From the NCBI RefSeq assembly GCF_018977255.1, contig NW_024704742.1, forward strand, positions 131,876,001 to 131,940,000: 64,000 bases of DNA, read 5' to 3'. Both the position numbers and the translations under genes were made by a program. Under the pieces are notes generated by a model. It searched no databases. It was given only the letters and a program-made list of their open reading frames with translations, and was not told where the DNA came from. Each line of letters starts with the position of its first letter. Within the stretch, counting starts at the first letter, position 1. Below, one piece after another: positions 24,248 through 36,979 of the stretch. The stretch comes from Callorhinchus milii (lineage: Eukaryota).

Positions 24248-24700
24248 AATAACAACAACAACTTGTACTTATATAGCGCCCTCCAGGCAGGGTAGCGCCT
24301 CAAAACCCTTAAACAGTGGCAGAGCCTGATTCCAAGCAAGGCAGAGGCGGGAGGTGGCCTTAAGCACGGTCAAAGATGAAAGTTTTCAGGCAGGACTTGA
24401 AAGAGGGGAGAGGGGGGCAAGGTTGCGGGATTGAGGGAGAATGTTCCAGAGTTTTGGAGCGTAGTGGCTGAAAGCGCGATTTCTGATGGTGGGACGGAGG
24501 GTGTGAGGGATGAGCAGGAGGCCGGTGCCTGATGAGCGGAGGTGCTGGGTGGTGGATTGGGGAGTGAGGAGGTCAGAGAGGTAGGGAGGTGCCAGGGAGT
24601 GAAGGGATTTGAACATGAGAGTTAGGATCGTGAAGTCGATCTGTTCGGTGATGGAGAGCCAGTGGAGCCTGGCCAGAACTGGTGAGATGTGACAAAAACA
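24248..24700 (-). mobile_element. L2 3' fragment inserted in a CR1 remnant (CR1 at ~24060-24230 and ~24705-24790)
   Basis: ORF 24386..24709 (HISPVLARLHWL...KLWN) and an (AAC)n tail. Confidence 0.85.
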
Positions 24701-27700
24701 GCAGAGCAAGAGAACGTAGGTTTAAAGTCATTTCAGGACAGGCACCAGGAAGTTTTTCTTTACCCAGAGGGTAATTAACAACAAGATAAATTTCTCTTCT
24801 CTTGTCAAATCAGGATTTTTGGGACATCAGCCTGAACTGATATGCCGGACCTGGGTTTAATGACTGAGTGGAAAGACGGGAACTCCGGGAGTGAAGTGTC
24901 AGCCTGGACTCTTCAATGCAGGTATAAATGGATATAATCAGATAACATCAGGCAAATATTTAACAAGATAAATAATATGCATAAATTTTACAAAATAATT
25001 TGTGATACTTGGGCAAGAATGTAGGACAGTAGAAATGCTTATTATTAGTATCCAGTGCTAGAATCATGGAGACAACATTATGGCATTATTGAACGGGGAA
25101 TTTTAATTAAGAAATACGAGTGGGAATTTCTTCCGGTTAAAAACTGGAATTGCATCACTCACGTCACTCCTACTCGAGGGAACCCCGATGCGAAAACAGA
25201 AAGGTTTAGAGTGACGTCCCTCCAGGTTCATCCAATGGATTTAATTTCTTCATTAAGAAACACAGTAAAGAAATACTGCAAAATTGACTTATGCACAAGT
25301 TGCATCTAAATCAATCCTCTTCGCTGCTTGTTCGCTGAATTCAGCTACCTCAGGCTAGCTGTACATTCCCCACCCTACAGTAGCCCCCCCATCGCTGCTT
25401 GAGCATTCCGATCCTACACCCCCAAACGCCCTGAATCCCTCACTCAGCCCCCTCTATTACACCCTGTTCTCTATCTGTCGTAAAGTCCTGCCTTGAAACT
25501 TACCGTTTTAACTGCTCCTATGAATACTTCCCACTCTTTCCTCTTTTGTGCACGGTGATGGGCTCTGCCACTGTGAAGTGCTCTGGGACATTATTCTATG
25601 AGAAGTGTATGAGATGGCACTGCACCCTGAACCTCTGGAACTCCCTGCCTCAATCCCTTTGCCTCGCGCTCTCTCTCTTCAATATTTAAACCCCTTAAGG
25701 CCTAGCTCTTCCACTGCACCTATGGTCACTTTCCTCTCCTTTCCCCCTTGCTTAGGGTCTCTAAGCCAACCACTGTGTGAAGGATGGTATATAAATGCAA
25801 GTTGTTTTTAAAATATAATTGAATGTAATCACAGAGCTCTTTTAACATGTCTGGAAATGCCTTTTAATGTTGCCTGACTTTACTGATTTCCAGAGGGAGG
25901 ATGAAAATAAATAAATTTGTTTACTCAATCCACGACTATTTGTGTGACACGGCTGTGTGCAATCGGCTGCCGCATTTCGTCTACAAAACACACAGCTCAA
26001 TGATGTGATAAGGCGCTAAATTAAATGTAAGGGTTTTTTTACATTACTGACTTTAAAATTGTAACTTGTGACTCAGCCAAACTGTTTATTCGCGTATCTG
26101 GATCTGCTGCCACTCAATGGTGACAGCGAACGGTTATCTCTCGGGTTCAGTTCGTCCTGGGAAGCGAATAGCACTGTTTAGAAAGGAATAATAAATAATA
26201 TAGCAATTCTATTGCATTGTATTTGTTTTCAGTACAATGGTCCAGCTATGATTGTCACCGCCTCCTTTGCCATAATGACACTCATTGCTCTAATAAATAT
26301 TTAGCTGACTCTTTCTGTCATTTGCTATCATTTGTAATACATAGAACAAAATGACATGGAAGCAGGCTGTTTCGATCAACTAATTGACATGCCTGTGTTT
26401 ATATTCCACAAGAGCCTCCACCCTTCCCAATCCCACCTGAACCCCTCTGTTCTCTTCTCACTCATGCTTTTGCCCACAAAATATGCAGTCAATTCACTTT
26501 ACAGTATATTCTCTGAAGCGTTTGAGACGTTTCTAAGACCTGATAACGCACTACATCAAATACAAGGATTATCATTATTATTATTATGCTTGCATCAAAT
26601 TTCCTCTGAAATACTTTGATTCTTTCTGCTTATACCACAGCTTCCAGCAGTCACTGCAATGAATTGCAGTAAAATCCTGTGAAGCGCTTTGAAACACCTC
26701 AACAGAGTGATAAGGTGCTATATCAATGCAAGGAGTATTATATTATGTTGTATAAAGCATGGGATATATAGTCAATGCACTTTACAGCATATCTTGTGAA
26801 GTACTTTGAGATATCTCGAAGATTTGAAAATATGCTATATCAATTGCAGGGATTATTATTATTTTAAATGGTGTCAAGAGATGCTTGAAGACATATTTCA
26901 GCTTCATAACAACAAGGCAGGTTATTAAAGATGGATAGGTCCTTTAAGGGATAGGTTATGCAGAAATATTACAGAGCATCAGGAAATAACAGATGCGTTC
27001 AATTAGTTCCTAATACCAGTCTTCGTAAATTAAGATTGTGAACAAATTTTAGAAGCTTTGATTTTGCTCCCAGCATCTGTTAACATATGGAGTGATCAGC
27101 AAACCATGTGTCACACAAAACTTCAGTAACTAAATGTCACCAGGGCAACTACATATTAATAATAACCCTTACATTTGGTGTAGCACCTTTAACGTTAAGA
27201 GACCATCCCAAGCGCTTCACAGGATGTACTGTAAGATGTAGTGACTGTGTGTTTCGTGGGCGAAAGCGGCTACTAATTTGCCGACAGCGATATCACATAA
27301 ACAATCATGAAGTAAATGATCAGTGTTATTGGGGAGAGGGGATTTTCGGCCAGCACACTGGGAGAAATTTCCTTTTCTCATTGGGATGAGAAGGGATACA
27401 TCAAGAAAACCTCAATGAAGTGAGTGAGGAATATGTTTAACATTTATCATAGTTCTATCGAGACTGAAGGTGACCTGAATAATTGGAGCTCATCTATCCA
27501 AAATAAACATTATGTCCAAAAAAGTAGGGAGACATAAACCTGAAATTAAACTCCTGGGAATGTTTTTTTCTACCCTAATACTCAGAATTGTGTAAGCAAC
27601 AACAACAATTACAATTTACATTTGTATGGCACCTTTCACATCAAGCAGGGTGTGATGCCTCCCTCCAGGGAGAGAGTGCAGATTCCGTTCCAGAAACAAG

Positions 27701-29177
27701 CAATTTCTATGTGTAGGTGGTATTCGTGGAACTCTTGGATACTCTTAAACACAGTGGTGGGTTTGCATCTTATCAGATCAAAAGAAAAAGTGGGGAGGTG
27801 TTTTGAAGATGTAGTTGTGAAATTCTTCGAAGATGTAGTTGCGAACACAAATTATTTCACTAGAAGTTCAAGATTCTTGGTGAAATGGACAAGGTAATCT
27901 GTTTTATTGAGATCTGACATAATCTTCCAGACAAATTGAAACTTGCACCCAGGACATTGGTCAAAGTGGGTAGTAATAATAATATTAACAGGATGTGTAA
28001 AGAGAGCCATGATTGCCAATTCAATATGCCTGAAAATTAACTAAGCAATTAATTTTTACCTTGCACTAAAACTAATTCGGGATTACATTGCTATCAATTA
28101 TTCCATTTCTTTTGTTAATTGTTGTTTAATTATGCATGATAGATAGAATTTAAACATGCCACTCAGCAGTCTGGTAGCCCTGTGATTAAAAGACTATTCA
28201 GATGACTTCCATATGCAGGTAAGCATGTTGTAGCAAACCATTTCTTTCTGCAAATGTTTTATTCATATTGAAATAACACAGAATGAAAAACAGTCTGGAG
28301 GAAGCAAAATGCAAATGCAAGGTTAAATGATAATTAAGCAACTGAATTGTTGACCCTTGATAAAGGGGACGGAGGTAGACAGAGAGAGAGGAAAAAAAGG
28401 GTGGTCATAATTTACTCTTTCCATTCAACCAATTCAGATTATATTTCAGAAAAAGGACTTACATGAACAAGAATGCCAAGAAGTGACGGTTTCTGTAAAT
28501 AATAATAAAAATATTATTATTACATCTGATATTGTGCATCTGATATAGTGCCTTGCCCTCTAGGCAGGCTGCCTCAAAGCGCTTTGCAGGATTTACTGCA
28601 AAGTGTTCTGCCTGTGTGTTTGTAGGCGAAACTCGATATCCAATTTGCTCAGAGTAATATCCCACAAACAGCCGTGAAGTCAATGACAGATTTTTATTTG
28701 GGGGATTGTTGGCCAGGTCAGCAGGAGAAACTCCTTTCTGTTTTCGATTAGTGTTATGGGATCTTAAAGATCCATCTGAACAACATAAAAGGCCTCTGTT
28801 TTTTGAGACCGTGGGCATCCCTGACAATTCATGCTCAAACCTTCCATGTAGGAAACAAAATATCAGCACCCGAAGGTTTGAATACCTCTTTAGAGACACT
28901 GTCATTAAACTTTGAGAGATATCCTTGCACATCCTCCAGTGCCAGAGATGACGGAGATTGTTATTAATAATTTATGGTATTTAACGTTTTCATCTCTATA
29001 TTGATTAGCGTCCAAATCTCCCATCATTTCAGTGCCGGGGAAATCTCGCTGGTGGTCGCTGAACCCATTCCTGACAGAATTGCTTGATTGCTGCGTTTGT
29101 CAGAACAAATCAGCTGGAAGGCTTTATGGTGAAAATATTGGGCTTGTAGGTCCTGTCTCAAGAAGCCAGCATTTGTG

Positions 29178-29577
29178 TTTTTCGTCAGCCGGTTGTCTGA
29201 CACACACGGAAACACATTACAGTGCTTAAGGGAATCCAAACCACACTGAGAGTTCCACATATACACCCCACCTACACCAGAACATTTCTCTATGTCTGGA
29301 ATAGAAAGCCATCCCTCTCCCCTTTAGGGATGCATCCACCTTGCCTAGTTTAGGAGAGTATTATGTGCAGGTTGGCAAAAGGCAATGCTTGGAAATCCCA
29401 GCATGTGCATTGGGGTACTGCTGGAGTTTAACAAGCTAAAACGTCATAGCTTGCCATTCAATGTACCTTCCAGCAAGCTTCCCGCTGCTAGTACAGCTAG
29501 GACCACTGTACCCATCAGGGCTTCAATTTATAGGGTTAACAGAACCTAAGTGGGAAGAATCCCTGCTTCAATGACTG
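29178..29577 (-). repeat. Family X, 3' two-thirds
   Basis: GTCAGCCGGTTGTCTGACAC..CAGCTAGGACCAC..GTGGGAAGAATCCCTGC. Confidence 0.85.
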
Positions 29578-29649
29578 AAGAAGCCCAAAACTCTGCAGGA
29601 GATCTCGAGACTATTATTTTACATCTGTTTCATTGATCCACTCCCACCC

Positions 29650-30095
29650 TACAGTAGCTCGGTGCCCAGTCAGCCTTGTGAAGTGCTTTGAGATAACCTC
29701 CCTATGCGAAAGGTGATTTTTAAATTTTATTTGTTGCCTTATCTTTTCGATCTTCTCCGACTCTTACTCACAGTCCACTCAACCCTCTGCTTGGCTAATG
29801 TGGGCTTGCTGCACATCCCCTATCAACTCCTTACCATCATGAGTGGCTGAGCCTTAATTTTCTACGCCGCTAACCTCTGGAACTCCTTCCCTCTATCACT
29901 TTGTCTCGCCCCCACTTTCTGTCTTCAAGTTCTGCCTCTAAACCTACCTCTTTGACTTTGCCTATGACCACCTCACTGCTCAACGTGTACTTGTAAAGTG
30001 CTCTGAGATGTGAAGGGTGCTATATAGAACTCCAGCGCCTTGGGACTTCCTCCTGAAGTGAAAGGTGCCATACAAATGTAATTTGTTGTTGTTGT
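29650..30095 (+). mobile_element. Cluster of L2 3' ends
   Basis: Three successive stem-loop tails (29680-29735, 29995-30030, 30034-30095) and an LWNS-encoding segment. Confidence 0.7.
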
Positions 30096-30954
30096 TCTTT
30101 GCGCACCACCTCAAAAGCAGGAAAATTGATTCACAATCTAGGGATTAAGACACCCACAGCGCAGTAACAGATTCAACACAGCAGGTTAGGGCCTGACAAC
30201 TTCATGTGCGATGTTAAATGGCCCTTCTCCAGGCAGATCAGATTTGTTGGCCGAAGATACGTCTCTTTCACATTTATCTTCCATCGAGATTCGCTGGACT
30301 GCTGGAGCCAAAATGACTGTCTTAAATCCATTTAATTTAACTTTGGTTTATGAAGTGTTGGGTTCCAGGAGTTTACTCACTAACCTTTCCATAGAACCAC
30401 AGGAATGTACGACAGAGCAAGAGGCCACACAGCCCATTCATTTGTGTTTTCTCCTCTCAATTAGCTGTCCATCCTAATCCCAATTTTGTGCTCTTCCACT
30501 GTATTCTCTAACACCTTTCTCTGCATTTGTTTGTCAAAGTCTTTTTAAAAGGCACCGATTGATTTCTCTCTCACAGCTACCTCTGACAACTTGTTCGCTA
30601 CCCTGATAATCCTTTGGGAGAAGAAGTCCACTTGTCGCAATTTTGATCAGTTTTGACCTTTTCGAAACTCATACCAGTGAAAAGAGTTTTTCACTATTAA
30701 TTCTTTCAAACCCTTTCACTGTTTTAAACACCTCTATCATATCACCCGCTCAACCTTGTCTGCTCAATGAGAATCTCTCTAGTTTGTTTACTCTGTGTGT
30801 TCACCCGCAAAATATGCACAGTTACATCATATTACAATATTTTCCATTGAAAGCTTTAAGATACTTCAACGATGAGATAAGGCCCTATATCAAATGCAAG
30901 AATTATTAAAAATTATTATAGTTTCTTCTCTTAGCTATATCCTATCATTATTTT

Positions 30955-31525
30955 ATTTTTTATCAGCCAGGTGTCTGCCACATTGAAGAAACCCATCACT
31001 GTGCTGAGGAGTATCCAAACCAGACCGAGAGTTTCAAGTACATATACTAACACCTACTAATCGAATGTGCATTCTCTCCCTGAAAGGGATGCACCTTGCT
31101 TACCTAATTCTGGAGAGTATTAGGTGCATGTTGGTAAAAGTCAATGCTTGGGGATCTCAGAGTATGTCCTGGGGTACTGCCAGAGTAACCAGCTAAACCC
31201 ATATAGCTTGCCATTGAAAGCACTTTCTGGCAAGCTACACATGGCTCATCCATATCGAGCCACCCTTCCCATTTGGGTTTTATCTTGCACGATTAACAGG
31301 AGCAGAGTGGGAAGAATCTCTGCTCCTGGAAGCTAATCTGTCCCTCTATGTTCGTCCAATGGCTGGTTCTATCATCATCAGTGCCTTGGAGTATTGCAGA
31401 CCAACCCGGCTCAGGAACAGGGCCTGATACGTATTGTATTCGGACATTCCATTGCCAAATATGTCACCTTCCAGCCAGCTCAGCTTCAAATACCCTGTTT
31501 ACCTCCTTCCCCCCTGCACCTCCAC
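30955..31525 (-). repeat. Family X, near full-length copy
   Basis: TTTTATCAGCCAGGTGTCTG..GTGGGAAGAATC..GGCTCAGGAAC..CTGTTTACCTCCTTCCCC. Confidence 0.85.
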
Positions 31526-33239
31526 CAGCTCCTGGTATCATCTCCGTGAATGTACGCTCTCAAATATTCTTTGTATAACGCGGAGCCCAAAACGGCTTAA
31601 TTCCTATCACTTCCTACACTACCAAATAGTCTACAGCAAGTGATACAGCATTTCTATTAAAAAAGGAGAGCAATGTTTCACTTCTCATTACCCCATTGGC
31701 GAGAGTATTGTGGACGACAGCTGACGTTTTGGTTCGTTTAAACGTATTTTGTTATAACACCTATAACACCGACTGTAATGTTAGGAGAACAATTCAGCCA
31801 ATTTATAGACAGCAATCTTCCACAACCAGCTATGGAGCGAATGGCCAATTTTATGTATTTTTGCTCTTTGAGGGAGCCAACGAGACACTACGGGCCAAAT
31901 GGTCTTCTTCTGTGCTGCAACTTTCTAGTGGGTTAAACTCCAGCAGTTTCTCCAACACCCACACCGAGGTCCCAAGCTTTGGACCTTGCCAACCAGTGCA
32001 AAACATTCTTTAGAATTTGGTGAGCAGGGTGCAAGGAGGAAATACATATTTCTATTCCAGGGACAGGAATTCCCATGTACGGAACTCTCAGTTTTGAATA
32101 CTCTGCGTGTGTCAGACACTCGGCTGACCAAAATTCACACTGTCAATTTCTATGGTTCTATGTAGTTCTATGTTAGCGAGGATAAATCTTTTCAAATAAT
32201 GCAACAAGATCTTTAACATACCTTGACCAAGCAAATAAAGCCTCAAGTTACCATCTTATCTGAAGAACAACACCTCCTGCAGTGCGGTATTCCTGTAGTG
32301 CTGCACTTGAGTAGCTCAAATCGAAATGTGTAAATGTGGCCTTGAATCAATAACCAGAATTTATTTTGGTCAGTTGGGTGTGTGATACATATGGAACCAT
32401 ATCACCAGACCAGACTGAGAGTTCCATATATCTATGCCAACTATAGATTTCCCTATGTCCAGAGTGGAATATACAGTCTCTCCTTGGAGGGATGCATCCT
32501 GTTCAACTAATTCCTGGCTCAGGAACTAGACTATGAGGACTTTCACAGAGGATTGACTCGCTTGTCTCCGAGGAGATACTGCTTACCTACCCCTCCCTTC
32601 CCCTCCTCTATGGAAGATATTCAGATAGACCCAAGTGGAGTACCAATTGAGCCATGCTTACACTTTGATCCAATCCAACAATCACTTCATCATTTTCAAT
32701 TACATTTATTTTGTTATGAAGAATAAAGCATGGTTGAAAACATATTAATTGTTAATAGATTTGACTCCAGAGATAGTTGCTTAGATACAAACAGCATAAA
32801 TCCCATTCTCAGATGTGCAAAGTATATGAAAAGGTGATATGTGAAAAGAGGATTTTTCTTGTTAAGAGATAACGTACAAATGGAAACTTTCTTATTAATT
32901 ATAGAACTACAGCATAAATGTTCCCCTTTAGGTCCTGCTCATTTCTGTTCAAAACATTCATGCAAATCACTATCAGAATTTCAAACGCTATGTTCCTAAA
33001 CTTAAGATAGCCAGAGGCAAGACTAAATCAAGGGCAGTTGTTCCATTTTTAAGACCTAGCTTAGCTTCCTTTACATATTAACAAGAGAGATATGGAAAAC
33101 ATGAAGATAATGATGTGCCAACAAACATGCCTAAAAAGGGAATTGAGAGACATTTCCTTCACCCACATTCCCACGCAACATAGACTTTGTGTTCAATTAT
33201 CTTTCTGTTTGAAGTCTTCTAATATTTTAGTAGGTATAG

Positions 33240-33640
33240 TAGCAGTTGGTGGTGTCCTCGTCTCTAGGTCGAATGTTGTGGGTTCAATCCCCATGTGGGA
33301 GCTTCAACTTACCATCTGGACTGATATTCCAATATAGCGTTCAGGGGCATCTGTATTGAAGGAGATACCGTCCTTTCAATGAGACATTAAATCAAAGACC
33401 CATCTGCCTGTTCGGATGGAGATTGAAGATCCTGTGGCACTTTTCGAAAAGAGAAAGGAGTTTCTCCGGATATGCTGGCTTGCAATCTTCCACATAAAAT
33501 TGGTTATTCAGATCAATGTTGCTTGTGGGTCATTGTGCAAATATTGGCTGCCATGTTCCTCTATAAAATACATAGTCAACTACCCTTTGACACTTCAGGC
33601 ATGAACGGCATTATATCAAATACCAAGATTTTTTTTACTA
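33240..33640 (+). mobile_element. DeuSINE, diverged
   Basis: GGTTCAATCCC head and GGAGATACCGTCCTTTCAATGAGAC..GATCCTGTGGCAC. Confidence 0.75.
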
Positions 33641-35840
33641 TTATTTGTTATAATTTTTATTTAATAAGTTTAGTTTAGTAAGTGTCTAGCTTTAAGAAAG
33701 AGCTATGTCTGCCCATTTCTCATTATTTAGATGAATGGTGAATGATCAGTTCTGCCTGTTTTTAAACCATTATCTACATTATAATCATATTCAGCCCTTT
33801 AGCTCCCGTTCCCTGGAAATCCACTTGGAGCCCACCTGACCCTCACCTCATTGAAGGTCTACCTCAACACCTAACTCTTTGACTGCATTTTCAGTCGCCT
33901 TTCCCCTCCCCACCCCACTAGGCTCCCACCCCCAGCTTGGGTGCCCAGCCAGGATTGTCAAGTGCTTTGAGATGTCCTCCTGATGTGAAATGGGTTGTAC
34001 AAATGTAAATTTATACTGCATATTAATTAATTACACTGTAACAAATATTATTGTCAATGATGCAAAAATTATGCAATCAAAGAAGCAATATCCTTCTATC
34101 AGAATTGGAAATGGTGGAGAGAAACTCTTAGTGTATAATAATAATAAAACAACAGATTGGATTTATATAGTGCCCCCCACGGCGGACGGCGTTTCAGAGC
34201 GCTTCACAGTAACGGATCCCGGGACTGAGCCAGGGGGAGGGGGAGGAAGGTGACCAAAAGCACGGTTGAAAAGAAAGATCTTGAGCAGGTACCCCAAAAT
34301 AGGAAGAGAGGGCATGAGGCAAAGGGAGTGAGGAAGGGAATTCCAGAGCCTTGGGGCATAGTGGCTGAAGGAACGGCTGCCAAGGGTGGAGCGGAGGACT
34401 CGGGGGATGAGAATGAAGCCAGACCCGGAGGAACGAAGACAACAGATACTGATTTGAGGAGAGAGGAGGTCAGAGAGGTAGGGGGGTGCAGAGGAGTAGA
34501 GGGATTTGAATACATGGGTGAGGATCTTGAAGTCGATCTCTCGGGGATAGGCAGCCAGTGCAGTCTGGCAAGAGCTAGGGTGATCGGGGAGCGGAGTTTG
34601 GTATGGGTGAGAATGCAGGCGGCAGAGTTTTGAATGATCTGGATTTTATGGATGGTAATGGATGAGAGACCGGTGAGGAAGGAATTAGAATAGTCCAGCC
34701 GAGAGGTGACAAAGGCACGGACTATGGTTTCAGCAGCTTTCAGAGAGGTATTGGCAGAGACGGGCGATGTGTCGGAGGTGGAAGAAGGCGCTGCTGGTGA
34801 GGGACCGGATGTGGGGAAGGAAGAATAATTGAGGATCGAACCTGATGCCTAAGTTGCGTACGGGTTCGGAGAGCTTTAGGGGGAGGTTGGGTAGGTGGAG
34901 GAGGTGAGAGCCGTGAGATTTTAGATGTTGACGAGAGGCAAAGAGTATGGCTTCCGTCTTATCAATGTTCAGCTGAAGGAAATTTGCACTCATCCAGTTC
35001 CTGAGATCTGACAGGCAGGCTGACAGAACATCAGGGGACTGGGGGTCGCAAAGAGAAGTGGAAAAATAGAGTTGGGTGTCGTCCGCGTACATGTGGAAAT
35101 GTATCCCATGTCTGCAGGGTGACATCCCCAAGAGGGAGCATGTAGATCAGAAAGAGGAGGGGGCCAAGGATGGATCCTTGGGGTACCCCGCAGGTGATTG
35201 GGTGAGAGCGGGAGGAGAAGCCGTTTGTGCAGATGTACTGCTGGCGGTTTGTGAGGTAGGAGTTGAACCAGGCGGGTACGGTCCCACTGAGGTGGATGAC
35301 GGAGGAAAGGGGGTGGAAGGGGATGGCGTGATCAACTGTATCGAACGCAGCAGAGAGGTCCAGGAGGACAAGGAGGCAGAGGGAGCCCTAGTCACAGATA
35401 GAGAGGATGTTCGTTTGTGACTTTCACAAGTGCAGTCTCTGTACTGTGGGCAGGGCGGAAACCGGATTGGAACAGTTCGAAGAGGGAGTGGAAGGAGAGG
35501 TGTGCGCGAAGTTGATTGGCAACAACGCATGCTAGAGAGGAAGGGCAGGTTACAAAAGGGGCAGTAATGACTGGGGTTTGAGGGATCCAGGGAAGGTTTT
35601 TTGAGGAGGGGTGTGTTGACAGCAGTTTTGAGGGGGGCAGGAACAGATCCGGAGGAGCGGGCCTGGTTGATGACATCAGTGAGTAGTGGGCAGAGGAGGG
35701 GGAGCTGGGTGACCAGCAAGTTGGTGGGGAGGGGGTTGAGGCAGTAGGTGGTGGGTTTCATGGAGGTGATGGTAGGTGAGAGGGAGGAGGGAGATATGGG
35801 GAAATAGGAATGTAGGATGGGGTTGGTGGTAGGAACAGAT

Positions 35841-36156
35841 AATAATAATAATCCTTGCATTTGATATAGCGCTTTTAAGGTCGGGAGGACGTCCCAAAGT
35901 GCTTCACAGAACACACTGTAAAGTGAATTGACTGTATATTTGTGGGCGAACGCGGCAGCCAATTGCGCACAGCAATGTCCCACAAACAGTCATATGGATT
36001 GAAAATGACCAATTTATTATTGTTTTGTTTTTTTGGAGGGATTATTATTAGGCGTGTGGAGTAAGGAAACTTGCCCAAGGTTTTGCCCTGCTTGGAATTG
36101 AACTCAGGTCTCTCACTTGCAAAGCGAGTGCTCTAACCACTGAGCCACAGGACTCC
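35841..36156 (-). mobile_element. tRNA-Ala SINE, short subfamily, inserted in L2, TSD AGAT
   Basis: AGAT at 35837-35840 and 36157-36160. The empty site is visible in the sister L2 at ~55650. Confidence 0.95.
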
Positions 36157-36979
36157 AGATGATGGGGAGAGTGAGGGGCACAGAGAGGGCATGGTGGTGG
36201 GTGACAAGAGGCAGGTGCATGAGGCTGCCTGGCGGATGTTGTCAATTTTAGATGAAAAGAAATCCATGACCTCCTCGCACTTGGCATTGGATATGAAGAT
36301 TGAGGAGGCCTGAGGGGGGGGCACGGAGTAGGTAATGGTTGGTGGAAAAAAGGATTTTAGGGTTGTGTTTAGCCTCCAAGATGATGTTGGAGCAGCAGGC
36401 CACTTTTGCGCGTGTCAAAGAATGGCGGTAGTTGTGGAGATGCTCGAGTCACAGTTGGCAGTGGACTGTTAGGCCAGTTTTCCACCATCTGCACTCGAGC
36501 AGCCAGGTTTGGTTTTTTTAGGCAGCGGAGATGGTTGTTGTACCAGGGGGATTGGGTTGGTTTGGAGATGGTCTTAGATTTCAGGGGGATGAGGGAGTTG
36601 AAGGTGGGGGATAAGTGATCATGGAGGAGCTGGACGGCTGCTTCAGTATCTCTGTGGGTGGAAGGCCAGAGGGATAGGATGTTTGATGATGAGAGGGGCT
36701 TTGTGAGGGACTCAGGGGGTAGCCTTTTCCAAGGGTAGTAGAGGATGGTTGAGGGCTTGGTGGAGAAGAGAGGGATGCGAGAGGAGAAGGAGATGAGGAA
36801 GTGTTCCGAGATGGCCTTGTCCACTATGCAGAGGATGGAAATGTCAAGGGCGAGGGTGATAACGAGTTCAAGGGCATGATCACTGTTGTAGGTAGGTGAA
36901 TTTATATGAAGGGTGGGGTTTAGGGAGGAGAGGAGGGCAGTGAAGTCGGCAGACGTAGTGCAAGGGGAGCTTAGGCGGA

